A stretch of DNA of 64,000 bases from Epiperipatus broadwayi (lineage: Eukaryota; Animalia; Onychophora): the NCBI GenBank assembly GCA_028023455.1, contig JAQFVV010000005.1:11656001-11720000 (forward strand), in the 5' to 3' direction. A model generated the notes under the pieces. The model was not told the DNA's origin. It searched no databases and saw nothing but the letters and a program-made list of their open reading frames with translations. Numbering within the stretch: position 1 is the stretch's first letter; the number at the start of each line of letters is the position of its first letter. A program made the position numbers and the translations under genes. This document shows, piece after piece, positions 1 to 13,174 of this stretch.

Positions 1-120
1 TGTGAAGCGCTTGAACGAGAAGCTATAAAGATTCAACAAATTATTATACGTTAAGCGCTTTCGAGGCCATTTGCCTCATATTCATAGTGGTAATGCGAGG
101 TGCAGAACAGGGTAATAAGG
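1..120 (-). mobile_element. PLE pseudo-LTR-like fragment (family B) with inverted arm, cut by the window edge
   Basis: aagcgcttgaacg at 6-17 is an inverted copy of cgttaagcgctt at 49-60; similar to 62771-62812; contains a hammerhead-like fold. Confidence 0.5.
49..89 (-). ncRNA. Minimal type-I hammerhead ribozyme candidate, family B copy 1 (A3-U8 core, damaged stem I)
   Basis: Minus strand: cact AUGAAUA u GAGGC aaaug GCCUC GAAA gcgc UU aacg; perfect 5-bp stem II, GAAA, palindromic GCGC loop. Confidence 0.55.
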
Positions 121-149
121 CAAGGAAATAAAAGAGTTATGCAAAACAT

Positions 150-2450
150 ATGCAAATGAATTAGATAGTCCAACGTTTTGAAATGTCAGAACAGGTGTCT
201 CGTCTAGATAAATTGAATGGGATTAAGATGTATATCCAAAACTCAGGAAATACAATTACTGGAGAATCATCAAAATAAAGGTAAATACTTTCATTTAAAA
301 AAATAAAAACAGTTTTGAATGCAACCAATATTAAATGCAATAAAACAATTACAGAATTTTAAAAGAAGTAATTAACTTTTTTGATAGTCTTCTAAGAAGA
401 TGAGTATGTAGAACAAGTGCTTATTAACCAGTTTAGAAAGATACAAAAGTGAATATTGATAAGGGATTAAGAAGAGGCATTTAAATTTTAAAATTTCTTG
501 CTGTCCATAATAGTTGCGCAATAGAATTGCCATAATTATATTCCATACCATTCATAAAGATAAGAGGCCAATATGTTATGCATCACAGCATAAAAAATTG
601 TAGGCAGGAAAAATTGTAGGCTTCTATGTAAGAAAATCTTGGCAAAAGATTATGCATTAAGGATGTTCCATAAATTTTCATATAAGAGAATAGAAACACT
701 ACAAATCTTTATTTGGAATACCAGTTCCAAATACATCTGTACCACATCATAAATGATCAGATGGATAATTGATTATCAGCTTTTGATTTAAGCAGGGACA
801 AAGTGTCCATGTATTGAACAGAATGAGTGATTCGATAGAAAAATTCACTAAAATTTTCAAAAGCTTTAATTAAAATTCAATTTAAAAAAGTTACTTTCAA
901 TTTTTTTCACCAACAGTTGAATTGTTTTTATATACACAAAGAATGAATTTGACTAATGCATTGTCAGTTGATTATAAGAAGTTCAAACAATGCTAAGATC
1001 TAATTTACAGTTAAAACTTTTAAAAATGTTAAAAGGATTTGGAAGATAAAAATATATTGATAGTATATTCTCTGATTTACAGATAAGAGAGTTTCAGATT
1101 TTTCTAGATGTGTGTAATATATATATATATTAGACACTATTACATAAAAATTGTTGTGGCAAGGAAAATAAAAACAGAAGAGTGTTTCCATTCCTAAAAA
1201 AGTCACGCTTCATCACTGATTTATAGATAGTGTCAAATACAGTGGATATCTTTTTAAAATTTCCCAATGAGCAAGAAAATTATTAAAATATGATAGTTAT
1301 AACACTATATTGATATAATCTGGAATATTAAATAATTGGATTGAATCAGAAAGTGATGTGGTATATCAAATTTTATAGAAATGTTAACCTCCTAAATGCC
1401 CAAAAATATTACATAAAGCTTTTTGGAATGCTAAAGATGAAATTTTATCATTAGGGGGATGTATCCTGATGATGCATAAAATAGTCATGCCAAAAGAAAG
1501 GAAAAAATATTTTTCAAATTTGATGGTCAGAAGTATAATTATATTAAGAATTGTGAACTTTTTCAGGAAGGGCTAGATCTTGTAAAAAAAACTACAGGAA
1601 TATAACATATGGATTATGCAGGTCTATACAAAGTTATTATTCCTGCTTGCAATAGATATGTATTCAAGTTGGATAACTTATAGATTAATTTAAAGTATTA
1701 GTTTTTTCCAACCAGAAGTATTTATTTCTGGAACTGCTTTTATTTCTAGTAAGTTCAAAAAAACAATGAATTGGGGTATGTCATACAAGTTGATGCCACT
1801 CTATCATCATGAATTTAATAAATTAGCTGGGAGAACAATGCAGTATAATGATTAAAAGTAAAATAAATGATGAAGCATAAAACTATATATGATTTATTGT
1901 TTATCAGTATTTACTTCATGAAATAATGAAAAAAAAATCCATCAGAATTATTAATGATGATAGAAAACATCAAATGAGTTATTTCTATTATTCCAACTAA
2001 TAGAAGAAATGAAAAAGAAATATTAAAAGAATATACAAAATTAATGATGAAATATAGGGCAAAGATTATTTAAAGAAAATTTGGATTCATGATAAATTTA
2101 TCTAGAATTATTATTATCGTAAAAATGAAAGATGGAGGTCATTGTAGATAATATACTAATCATTTTTAGTACAGCCAAAAATATATGAAGCAAAGTTGAT
2201 AGGAATAAAAAAAACGATAATACGAATGTTGGAAAATCAATTGTATACATAAGAGAAAAGAAAACCACAAGAAATTGAAGAGCCAAAGATCAAGAAGATG
2301 ACTACAGTTCAACTGTAAAAAACAAATAGCAAATACTGAAGAAGTAATTGACAGACCACAAAGAATGCTAAGATTATTTGAATATTTGAAAGAAGAATAT
2401 ATTATGAATTGAATTAATATCTGCACTGATGGAGATTTTTAGTATGTACA
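150..2450 (+). mobile_element. Highly decayed Gypsy-type LTR retrotransposon (pol/integrase remnants)
   Basis: Broken-frame motifs ILSLGGCILMMHKIVMPK (~1442), HMDYAGLYK (~1607), PLYHHEFNKLAGRTMQ (~1793) resemble Gypsy integrase motifs (GCLLWG.RVVIP, HIDFAGP, PYHPQSNGLAERAVQ). Confidence 0.55.
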
Positions 2451-2874
2451 AATATATAAACATGTAGTAATAACTACTTGTCTATAAAAATGATAGAAGA
2501 AAATAACAAAGTTCATTACAAATAGATAAGTTATTTATTAGATAAATAAATCATTATTAGTATTACTATTTAAGAGAAAAAATAAATGGATTAAAAATAA
2601 CTTTTTTTATATTTTTGTTAAATTCCTGACTTTGAAAGCACAATTCTGGTTAAGTAAATCCAACTTAGAAAATTAATACATATTGGGACTTAAATTGAAA
2701 GAAACAAGTTATGTGAAAACATGAAAAATTTAGATCTACTATAGGTATGAAAAGAACAAAATTTTTAGGATAGGTTGTATGTTTTTATAAGCTTTTAAGC
2801 AAGTTAATCTAAAATAGTTATATGTGCTTTAATAATGAATCATATGCATTACTAAACTTGTAATATATATATAT

Positions 2875-3132
2875 TGTAAAGGTCCGGTCGATGACATGGA
2901 AAGAGAAGGTGCATCTGACTACTATCAGACCCAGGGTCTTCATGTAGGATGCTGGAGATGATGTGATAAAATACATAACCTATGATTACATCCACATTCA
3001 ATAGACTAGCTCAAGGTTGATTTATTAAACCCAGATGCAATTTGGATCAGTTCATCTACATCTCGCCATTCTCTTTCGGATTCGTTGCCTTAGTATTTGA
3101 ACTCAGGAAAAATTCGCATTTGACTCTTAACA
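2875..3132. mobile_element. Possible solo LTR
   Basis: GC-richer 258-bp block starting TGTAAAG and ending CTTAACA (imperfect TG...CA terminal inverted repeat) next to Gypsy remnants; no target-site duplication seen. Confidence 0.3.
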
Positions 3133-4199
3133 GGGATGTACCTATGCAGACTTATACTTAATAACTAAATTATGTCATCCTATTTATCAGTAAGGAATAA
3201 TCTTGATTTAAAATTTATCTATCATGCTTATAAAATAATAATGTATGTGTGTGTGCATGTGTAAAATATTGGCTTTAGGGATTGAATGCAAATGCTGGAT
3301 CAATAAACTAGAAAGATTTTATCAATTAAACAAATTTCACAATATTTATTTACAAAACAAAATATATAAAAACATTGAACAAATTGTCAATCAATGTAAA
3401 AACATTCAAAAATAGTTACAAGTGAAGAGAAAATTATTTGGATATATTCATATATTCTTTCAACTTCCATGTCTATGATGAGTATCTATCATGTTATTAC
3501 TTAAGCAATTCAAAATTACCTATTTCCCATGATAGATACACATAATACAGACATTTCTATAGCCAAAAATAATGAAAAACTTTATTGGATTAAAATGAAA
3601 TTACTAACTAACTTAATTGTAAATTTAATTGCAACTCTAGATATGATATGCTAGTATGCGGTTCCAGATGTGGAACTTGGTTCATCTAAAATAACCCCCT
3701 TGCATATATATCATGAAAAAAACTATAATAAAGAAACAATACATGATATGATAGCAAAGTAAATAGTTAAGTATATTAACTCAAAAGGTTCGTCATGCAC
3801 ACAATGAAAATATCTAAGAAATATTATTAGTCAAACATATAACAAATAATATAAATTGTCATGTCATGTGAGGCATTGATTTTTTTTTAATCTAAAAGAG
3901 AAAGATTCTTACCTTCTAATTACTCAATTTCATAGCCACAAATGAAAAGTCAAGCATTTTGGGAAAGAAAATCTATCTAAATTTTATTAAAAGAAAAATA
4001 ATTCAGACTTTTCAACCTTCCCTTCTTGCTCTTTTTATGTTTTCTTAAATTGGATTGTTCCAAGCTGTTGAACTTGATGATCCGCATTTCTGAGATATAA
4101 GTCTGGGATAATAATAAAAAATAAAATAAAATACAATATACCTATACAAAAGAAAAATCATTACATTACAACATTTCATGAATCGATGATCAGACACAA

Positions 4200-4300
4200 A
4201 TCATCACCAGAGTCCTCACATTATAGTTCTTACAATGTTGATGGCTCATTATTGCTTCTGAATGGCACATTCTGGACATATTTAAATTGGTAGGGTGTGA
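4200..4300 (+). repeat. Diverged dispersed repeat (second copy at ~13175-13300)
   Basis: Shared agagtcctcaca...ttaca...ttga.g...atttaaat.gg alignment. Confidence 0.4.
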
Positions 4301-4529
4301 TTTTGTTCCATTCCTAGTGTAGATTTCCATCATGCATGCAACAAACTTATCAGGCACTTCAATATAGATGATAAGTGGCTTCTAATTTCTCATGGTTATA
4401 AGGACAAATGGTCCACCCAACAATAATCAATCACTCTAGCCAAAATATATCATATTGTTGCAATATATACACAGGTTTATATATATGCAGTTTGCAGTTT
4501 AAAGAAGTATATATACTATAATATAGTTA

Positions 4530-5030
4530 TTTACTACTTGCGATATTGGCTATACAATATATTTCCGTTATTAAATTGTTCTAACTTCTTTTCTTTGCTT
4601 TTAAAAAATCATAACACTTTTCTAAATTTATAAGCTATTTCAAACTTATCTGATCATTTAGTTTATATGAAAAATTTCCGTTTGCTTCCTTAATTTTTCA
4701 AATGGAAAAAATTGACATTTGTATAAATGCATATTTGAACAGTATCTATTTTGTAAAGTGTTCAAAAATATCAGCTTCAACAGAGTTGGCTTTCCATAGC
4801 AAATGCACAATTTTAAAGAAGAAAGAGTCATAATTGCTTTTCTTTTTATACACGCTGTCGTTTCCATTGCTAGGTGTATATTGTGATTATTGATTCATTT
4901 AAAAAAAATACATATTACTATTATCCCATTCTTATATTCGGTTGCTTAGTACAATACTTCACCTTTTGCCCATTGCTATGATTGTTTCATCATTGTTTAA
5001 ATCATTGTTTACGTTTATTATAGACGTACA
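4530..5030. promoter_or_regulatory. CpG-retaining island upstream of ZNF gene 1, candidate promoter
   Basis: About 8 CpGs in 500 bp versus near absence in flanks; splice-acceptor-like tttgtttag|G downstream at 5812/5813. Confidence 0.3.
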
Positions 5031-6169
5031 AGATCTTCAACACAATACAATTGTTAGTATATATATAAGTTTGTATAAATTTTTCTAATATTTATATTTA
5101 CTTGATTAAACACTGGAATTGACTTTTTACAAATATATATATATATATATGTGATTTATTGGTAAATGACCTACTATTCCCACTATTTAATACAGCATTA
5201 GTACATTATCCTAATTATTCATACATTTATATTTTAAAACAGTATTTTAGCAAAACTTATTATTCACTTTATGTTAAAATCCTAACTAAATACAGTCCAA
5301 TATTTCAGGTGGCTAAGGTTTGTGTGGGTGTGATTTTAAGCTACCCTCACAATATATATTACTGTGGTAGGGTCAATAAATATAGAGAAGCTTATATGTG
5401 TTCTTTCTGATTTATTTTTAGAGAAAAGTTAAGAAAACCTACAGAATAAAAATAAGTAATATTTATACTGTATCGTTTATAGAAGCATAATCCAACAAAA
5501 TTGTATGTTGGTTTGTACATACTGTCAGGTTTCCTAGCCTTCATATTAAAATATAATTCATTAAAAATTCTCAACATCTTTGAAACTACTTAGTATTTCT
5601 TAAAATATATCAAAAACTGTTTGCATGCATTTTACTTTATAATTCAAAACAATATAATGTAAAACATTTTCCCATCCCGATAAGCAAGTTGCTTCAATTT
5701 ACAAAAAAATAAATCTGAATGAGGTATTTAAGACTTACTACTTTTAATATCATTATTTTTAGTATTTACAAATTATTTAGTGAACTCATATTTTTTATTT
5801 TGTTTTGTTTAGGTTTGGCAGTATTTTACTTGTGGTCACTGTGATTTATTTTTAAAAGCAGTTAGAACACATGCATTTTCCTATTGGCACATCAGATTGG
5901 ATTGTGGAAAGTAAAATTGGTCACAAGCACATAATTGGAAGTATAAATCATCTTGATCGTTTTTACAAAAAAAAAAAATAGTAATAATTTGATAATCATT
6001 ATTTGTTATATACTTGTCATTTTTGTGGAAGAAGAATATTTACTTATTGATGAATAATTTACATAAGGCAAGAAAATCACTATAATTGTTTTCCATTGAT
6101 GACTTCTTCTTGATTTGAAAAAACAAACATATAGATTGAGAATTCAATGAAATGTTTTACTCACTATAT

Positions 6170-6415
6170 TACAAAGAATCATTGTTACAGTTAATATAAA
6201 AAATTCCTATCATAATTAATATAAAGAATTACTATCATAGATCATATAATTACTATTGCTGTTAGTATGAAGAATCACAGTTAATATGAAGAAGTAACTA
6301 TTTTAGTTAACATGAAGAATTACTGTCATAGTTAAAATGAAGAATCTCTTTCACATTTCATATGTAGAATCACTATTAAAATTAATATGAAAAATCATTA
6401 TGAAGTGCCACTACA
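6170..6415 (+). repeat. Degenerate ~25-bp minisatellite
   Basis: About 9-10 units of approximate consensus gaattactatcatagttaatatgaa. Confidence 0.6.
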
Positions 6416-7379
6416 CAGAACTGAATATAATTTGAATTTCAAATCTGAAATGATATATGAGTTTAATTAATGATTTATATATCAAATATTCTTATTTTGA
6501 AAAAAATAATATTCTTATATCTATAAACATTAATATGATTCTAAAAAACTTTCTAAAGTGTGAATTTAAATTAAACATAATCTTTGGAAATAATAAATGG
6601 AAAGTGAAAGAAGTCAAAATTAATTGTGTTGATAGATATTGCAAAATATAGTGCTTAGAAATTTCAATAAATTAAATTATATATTAAGATTGAAAGATGG
6701 CAATTGCAGAACTAGAGTGAAAACCAATATCATCTTCAAAAGTTTATTGATAAAATTGCAAACAGTCATTAAGTTGAGAATATTAGCACTAAGATTTTTT
6801 TTTGCTCTATATAAAAATGATGGATTAATTTTAAGCATTGAATGTTTTAAATTACTGAGACTCCATCCAATTTGAAAGTACTATTTAAAAAAAGTTTTTA
6901 ATCATAAATCAGGATTAATTTCTGGTTATTTTGTTTCTGTTTATATTTAAAAAAAAAGTATTTTTATTGTTTTTAATTATAATTTAATTTATTCAGGTTA
7001 AGATATTAATTCTTTTTCAAAATTAGTATCAGTAAACTTCATATAAACAGCTATAGTGAGATTTTATAAGAATTCACATGTAAGTAATATTTTGAATGAT
7101 ATAATTGAAAAAAAAAAAAATATTGTTTCAGCTTCCATTAAAAGAATTTCAAAAATCTCTGCCATGTGTGTATCAATTTTCTTCTGAAAACGAATTATCG
7201 GGTTAAAATATTTTATGAAAATGATAGACCAATAAGTTTGTGATTTCTTGTACTATCATTCATAGCAGCCATTCTTAACAAATATGACCATTTTAAATTT
7301 AAAATAAAAATAGATAGCCAAACAAGATATTTAAAATGAATTTTGCAACAACTCTAAACCAATCCATGAAGCACCAATT

Positions 7380-7693
7380 TGTCTACACATATCACATGCT
7401 TTATGCTGTAGTCTATTTATCATATACAAAAAAGAAATTTGAATGCAGCTTTAATGAACAGAAAATTTGAAGTGCTTTGTATCTTTATGATGGAATAGAT
7501 ATGAAAAATTTATTTAAAGTAATTTAAAATAAATAAAAATAATTATACAAAAGAAAAAAATATTCAAATATTTGTATGATTTTAAAGTTGTGAAACTAAA
7601 TGAATTAAAATTTTATAAAAGAATTCATTCTGATAAAAAAAGTTTTCCAGTTCATCATCTGTGATTAAAAAACTGACAAAAAATTGTTTTAAA
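7380..7693 (+). pseudogene. Decayed zinc-finger repeats immediately upstream of ZNF gene 1
   Basis: Broken frames read YTKKKFECSF, FKYLYDFKVVKLNELKFYKRIHSDKKSF and FQFIICD*KTDKK, in the 28-aa finger pattern but with lost Cys/His, stops and frameshifts. Confidence 0.6.
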
Positions 7694-8743
7694 ATGCTTA
7701 AAAAAGCATGCACAATAGAAAAATTCTTCCATTGCAATGTTTGTAATTATAAAACTACTACAAATTATAAGTTAAAAGTTCATGAAAAATCACATACAGG
7801 AGAGGATCTTTTTCATTGCAGTTTCTGTCATTATAAAACTGTTGAAAAATATAGATTAAAAATACATGAGAAATTACATGCAGAGGAAAAATCTTTCCAT
7901 TGTACTTTATGTAATTATAAAACTGCAATAAAAAAAAGTTTAATTGTGCATGAAAGAACCCATTGTGACGATAAACCTTTTCATTCCAAACTATGTGATT
8001 TTGAAACTGTTCAAAATAGCTATTTAAAAATTCACGAAAAAACACATTCAGGAGAAAAAACCTATCATTGTAGTTTATGTGATTATAAGACTGCTGCAAA
8101 AACAAGGTTAAAAATACATGAAAATGTACACACCTTGGAAAAAATTTTCTACTGTACCATGTGTGAATACAAAACAGATGTAAAAAATAGTTTACAAATG
8201 CATGAAAGAACACATACCGGAGAAAAACCATTCCAATGTCAGTTGTGTAGTTACAGAGCTGCAACAAATAGTAGTGTAAAAGCTCATGAAAGACGACATA
8301 CTAGAGAAAAGCCTTTCCTCTGCAATTTATGTGATTACAAGACTGCCACAAGAATTAGTTTAAACATCCATGAAAAAATACATACTGGTGATAAATATTT
8401 CCAATGTACTTTATGTGGTTTTAAGACTGCTGCTAAAAGTAATTTATACAGGCATGAAAAAATACATATTAAAAATAAATGTTTTCAATGCAACTTGTGT
8501 AATTATAAGGCAACTCTTCAAAGTACTTTAATAAAACATAAAAAATGTATTCATATGAAACATTTGATTTTTGATCAAAGCAAACAAAGAAAGTATATTC
8601 CAGAAGATTTTCAAAGTAATAAAGTGTTCAAATGTTATTTGTGTGATTACAAAGATACAGAACAAAATCTCATGAAAAGTCATGAAGCAAGTCATTTCAC
8701 TGATCATGTTATGATTGAGATTCTTGTACAGTTTATTTCATAA
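7694..8743 (+). CDS. Tandem C2H2 zinc-finger protein (11 fingers, finger 4 has Cys>Ser); first ATG at 7694 (ORF track starts at GTG 7661)
   Basis: Uninterrupted ORF with repeated F.C..C.YKT......L..HE..H and TGEKPF-type linkers; no effector domain recognised. Confidence 0.9.
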   Translation: MLKKACTIEKFFHCNVCNYKTTTNYKLKVHEKSHTGEDLFHCSFCHYKTVEKYRLKIHEKLHAEEKSFHCTLCNYKTAIKKSLIVHERTHCDDKPFHSKLCDFETVQNSYLKIHEKTHSGEKTYHCSLCDYKTAAKTRLKIHENVHTLEKIFYCTMCEYKTDVKNSLQMHERTHTGEKPFQCQLCSYRAATNSSVKAHERRHTREKPFLCNLCDYKTATRISLNIHEKIHTGDKYFQCTLCGFKTAAKSNLYRHEKIHIKNKCFQCNLCNYKATLQSTLIKHKKCIHMKHLIFDQSKQRKYIPEDFQSNKVFKCYLCDYKDTEQNLMKSHEASHFTDHVMIEILVQFIS

Positions 8744-9479
8744 ATAATTTAACATTTTATTTTGACAATTTCATTTTAAAATATTTAATTTTATAGAATT
8801 TTGTTGCAATTAACAAAGTAGTCATAGTTGTTTGATCATGAGATAGAAATTTCATTGAGTGATAATAATTTTTATGATTGGTAGCACTTGGTGATTTGCT
8901 GTAAATTTGTAATATTTAATTTAGATTTTTACAAAGTAATTACTGCATTTTTGTTTTATGCAGAATGTTGTTTGTAATGTAAGAAGAGTTGTATATTTTT
9001 ATTGAAACAACACATATCTAGAGTTTAAAATTAACTTGAAATACAAAATCTTGGACAGTATAAACCCTGTTCAGATAATTTTATATACTTCTGACCAAAT
9101 AAAATTTGTCTTTTCTTTAAGCTGCTATGTGTTGTCAAACAACTATTTGGGAATAAGAAAAAAAAAAGTTTTTCAGAATTATTTTTAAAAAATATAATCT
9201 TTTTACAATGACTACTTATTTTTAAAGTTCATTGCCTTTTATTATAAACTTTTGTTGAATAATACAGTAAATGACCTTCATTGAGTATTTTGTAAAATCA
9301 TTAACAATTCAGAATATTTTGTGCAAGAACATCTTAATTACAGACAACAAAAACACAAAAAAGTAGATGTTGAAAAGTCTTCCATATTCTTCACCTAACA
9401 GCAATATTTAACAAAGTAATTATGAAAAATTCATATGATCTCAACAAATGTTCATTGGCTGTTATGTGTTTTAATTATC

Positions 9480-11040
9480 ATTAGCGTCATTACATTTAAG
9501 ATCTCAAGAAATTGCATGAATAATCTAGCCGAATATTGCATCTTAAGACAGGTAAGTTTGGTTTCTAATTTCCATTCTAAATACTTGATAAATAAATATG
9601 TGTGACATTGAATTTTTAGAACCAGAATTGAAAACATCACAATGGATTGATTATCCATTCATATATCATAGATGTAAAAATATAAATTTTGGCTAGAGAA
9701 AATCATTTGTTTTTTAAAATTATAATTCATATTAAATTTCATATTTTGTAAAATTAAACAATTATAAAAACAGTTTATGAAGTGTTATGCAAATTCATAG
9801 AATGATCTAAGAAATTTAATTTGAACTTGATATATTATTAATTCTCTAGCAAGGAGTGATTGTTTTACTTCATACATTTGGAAACATGTTTTTTTGTATC
9901 TAGAGTTTTATATATATTTATAATTATTAATAAAAATAAAGCCTAAAATTTGTTATATTTAATATTCATCTAACAGGGACTGTTAGGTCTTGGTTATTTC
10001 CAAAGTCTGCAAGATCTTAGCTTAATTTTGATATTTCATTTTTATATAAAAGGAACTTTATTTATATACAGGAAAGAAATAATAATTATAGTTATTTGCT
10101 TCACATTGAAACTGCTTATCACTGAAATCACAAAATATATTGAGAAAATATAATGAACTTTATTCTATCATTGTAAACTTACTGTTTTTTAACATTCATT
10201 TAGTACATATTCAAAATTACTTCAGAAGTTAATTTGGAATTGATTAGCACAGCCATTCTACCAGGCAAAGATATCCAAGCCACACTGAAGATACTAATTG
10301 GTAAATTAAAAAAAATCAAACAATTTCCCCTATATAAATTAGAATTTGCAATTTTTTTTTTTTTAAATTTTCATTATTATAATTTTTGAAAAAACAATTT
10401 GTTTTACAAACCATTTCTGATTAGATTTCAAATTGACAATTTATATTCAAAACATTAACATTTACTACTAATATTTGTATGAGCAGGTAACCTATTTTTC
10501 AAAATTTTACAATTGGATATTGCATAGTCCACATTGAGAAAAAGATGTCATTATATCAAATGTAATCTAAAAAATAATTTCTGAGTAATACAGTCTTGTA
10601 TAATTAGCTTACAAATAATATAAAATAATGAAGCCATTATTCGTTAATAATCTGGTGAATGATACCATTTGTCAATGGTAATATTAGATTTTTTTTAAAA
10701 AAGCCATTAGATTGTATTATTTTAAAGAAATTACACAAAAATTATCAACAAATTATAACTTATTTTGTAATACTTTTTACAAAGTTATGCAAGTTTGTAT
10801 TATTTGGCAATATATTATTTTTTGGTAAATTATGAAAGTTTTATAATTTGTGTTGTATTATTGTAAAATCAACTCCACATTAAATTTTAAAATTGCATTG
10901 ACATTAGTTTGTATTGTTTTTTTAATATATATGATATAAATTTGTATAAAATTTCTTCAGTATTTTCTTTGCTTTGGAGATGTTAACTTTATCAATTAGT
11001 CTCTTTAATACAGCTCAGCTTGGGTAGATCTATCTGGTAT
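9480..11040 (+). pseudogene. Possible spliced gene relic of unidentified product
   Basis: GT-AG 68-nt intron 9552-9619 (CAG|gtaagt ... tttttag|); open exon 10204-10300 (YIFKITSEVNLELISTAILPGKDIQATLKILI); exon 10961-11036 with in-frame TAG. Confidence 0.3.
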
Positions 11041-11589
11041 GTAAACTTGAATCTGTTATGTACAACATCTGTGCATTATTTTTTATCAACTTGTATTATC
11101 TAAGGACTCTAGATCTATTTCAGAAAATCTAAGAATTTATTTTTTTAGTGAGAAAATTAAATTAATTACAGTGTTAATCACAAATTAAATAAAGTTATTG
11201 GATTGGGTTGTAAAAAAATAAAACAAGCATCTCACTTTAACAGACTTATTGATATTTACAAAAGTTGTTTGTGTTTTTTTTTTTTAATTTTATAAGAGTG
11301 TATGTGTGTGATTAAAGTGCTATATTTTAGCATTTTGGTTTTAACAACTAAATAATGCAGATATACAGAGCTACTAAATTTTAATAAATTTTCATATTGG
11401 CATTTAGTTATTTTGTTTCATCTTACTGTAATGAATTGTATTTTAATCACTTGTTTCACTTGTTTCACATTCAAATTAGTTTTTTGTTTAATAATTCATT
11501 GTGATGAAATTAAAAAACAATATATATATATAATATTTTATAAAGAATGCTTTTATTTAATTTGATCAGTAATGCACTAAAAACAAAAT

Positions 11590-12260
11590 TTTTTTACACG
11601 ACCCACCACTCTCCACTCTATCTCATAACACTGATACCCTTGAACACATATATGTCGAAAAGATAAATAATCACCAATATATGTATTTCATGCTAAACCA
11701 GCAATCATCAGTTGGTCTAGATTATCATCTCTACACATATATGCAATAAGTGCTCAGATATATATTAAGATTGCCAATCTACATACTTTAATGGACAGGC
11801 TTCAATCCATTCCACACTCCAACTCTTCAACTGTCCTTCAAATTGAAAATCTGATGATGGAATGCTCAAAGGCCACACTGAGGCTGAGATTCTTATCACA
11901 TCCATGTTTACCTAAAGTCAGTCTGACTCCTCATGCACAGGACATAATCCATTTAATACTTATACAAGGGATGGGCAGACATCTGATGTCTGCCCATCCC
12001 TCATAAATATTAATATGTCCTGTGCATGAGGGGGCAGACTGACTTTTTTATCTTTTCGACATATATGTGTTCAAGTGTATCAGTGTTATAAGATAGAGTG
12101 GAGAGTGGTAGGTCATGTAAAAGCCTGGGCTCATATACTCTATGTATTACATACATTGATACAGGTATATAATAAGCCTGTATTTCAGCTAGTAAAAACA
12201 AAAAAGTAAATTCTTTTGTTTTTTATTTTACAACACTTTTTGTATTCAAATTTAAAAGTG
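11590..12260. mobile_element. Palindromic PLE pseudo-LTR-like element, family A
   Basis: Inverted arms ~11590-11665 / 12045-12125; inner hairpin 11917-12043; homologous to 35660-36405 and 43490-43670. Confidence 0.75.
11673..11716 (-). ncRNA. Minimal type-I hammerhead candidate, family A
   Basis: Minus: accaa CUGAUGA u ugcu gguuu agca u GAAA u acau a UA uuggu. Confidence 0.6.
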
Positions 12261-13174
12261 AACAATCACATAATATTGCCATATTTTCAGTATTGGATAT
12301 GAAATTCCACACTTCTTATGAAGGCAGTGTTTGTTTTTTTAAAAGAAGCAAGTACTGGTTCAACAATCAAGAGTAATTAATATTTCATTCTTTATTTTTT
12401 CCCTTTCTATTTTAATTAATAGTAATACTTTTTAGTGAATTAATTTTGAAATTCAATGAAAGAGTATTTTTTAAAAAAATATACTACCATATATTGTGTA
12501 TCATTGAAAACTTATCAAAGCATCCATTACCAATGTAATTTGAAATTTGGCTCAACAAAGTTGTTAGTTTGAATAAAGGAATAGGAGCCTGAAATATTGC
12601 ATTGTTATTGACATCAAACATCTAGAAAAGTTAAAGGAAATCCATTCAATAGAAGTATGTTAAAAATTGATTACAAGATTTTAGCCAAATAAACAAGCAG
12701 AATTCCTAAGTAAAGCATTTAAAAATGAATGCCTTTTTAAAAATAAATAAATCTAGCTATATGGTATTATTTTAAATTTAAATAATTTTTTATGATATTG
12801 CAAAATCAAGATAAGTCAAAATATTAAAAATAAGTATTTATAAATATCTGCATTATGATGTCTTATTCACCAATGAAAAATAAATTTAAAAAATTATTAA
12901 AAAAGTCAATTGATTTAGTTTACTGTATATTTTAATGTATATTTTTTGTTATTCATTTTAATTAACCATCATAGTCTCAGGCTCAAAACCTAATGATAAC
13001 TAAATCTCTATTGGATGCATGCATATATATAATTCCATGCAATGCTATTCTAGTAAATATAATCAAAATAGAATTTAAAAATTATAAAAATATAATCAAA
13101 ATATTGTTTTAGGAAGTATTATTTATTATTACTTAATTCTTTGATATATATTGTAATGGACCAAAAACCATTTA

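Noticed and set aside
11791-12201. ORFs in family A repeats (also 35869-36263)
   Set aside because: They fall in palindromic repeat arms, are mirrored on both strands, and have no protein motif.
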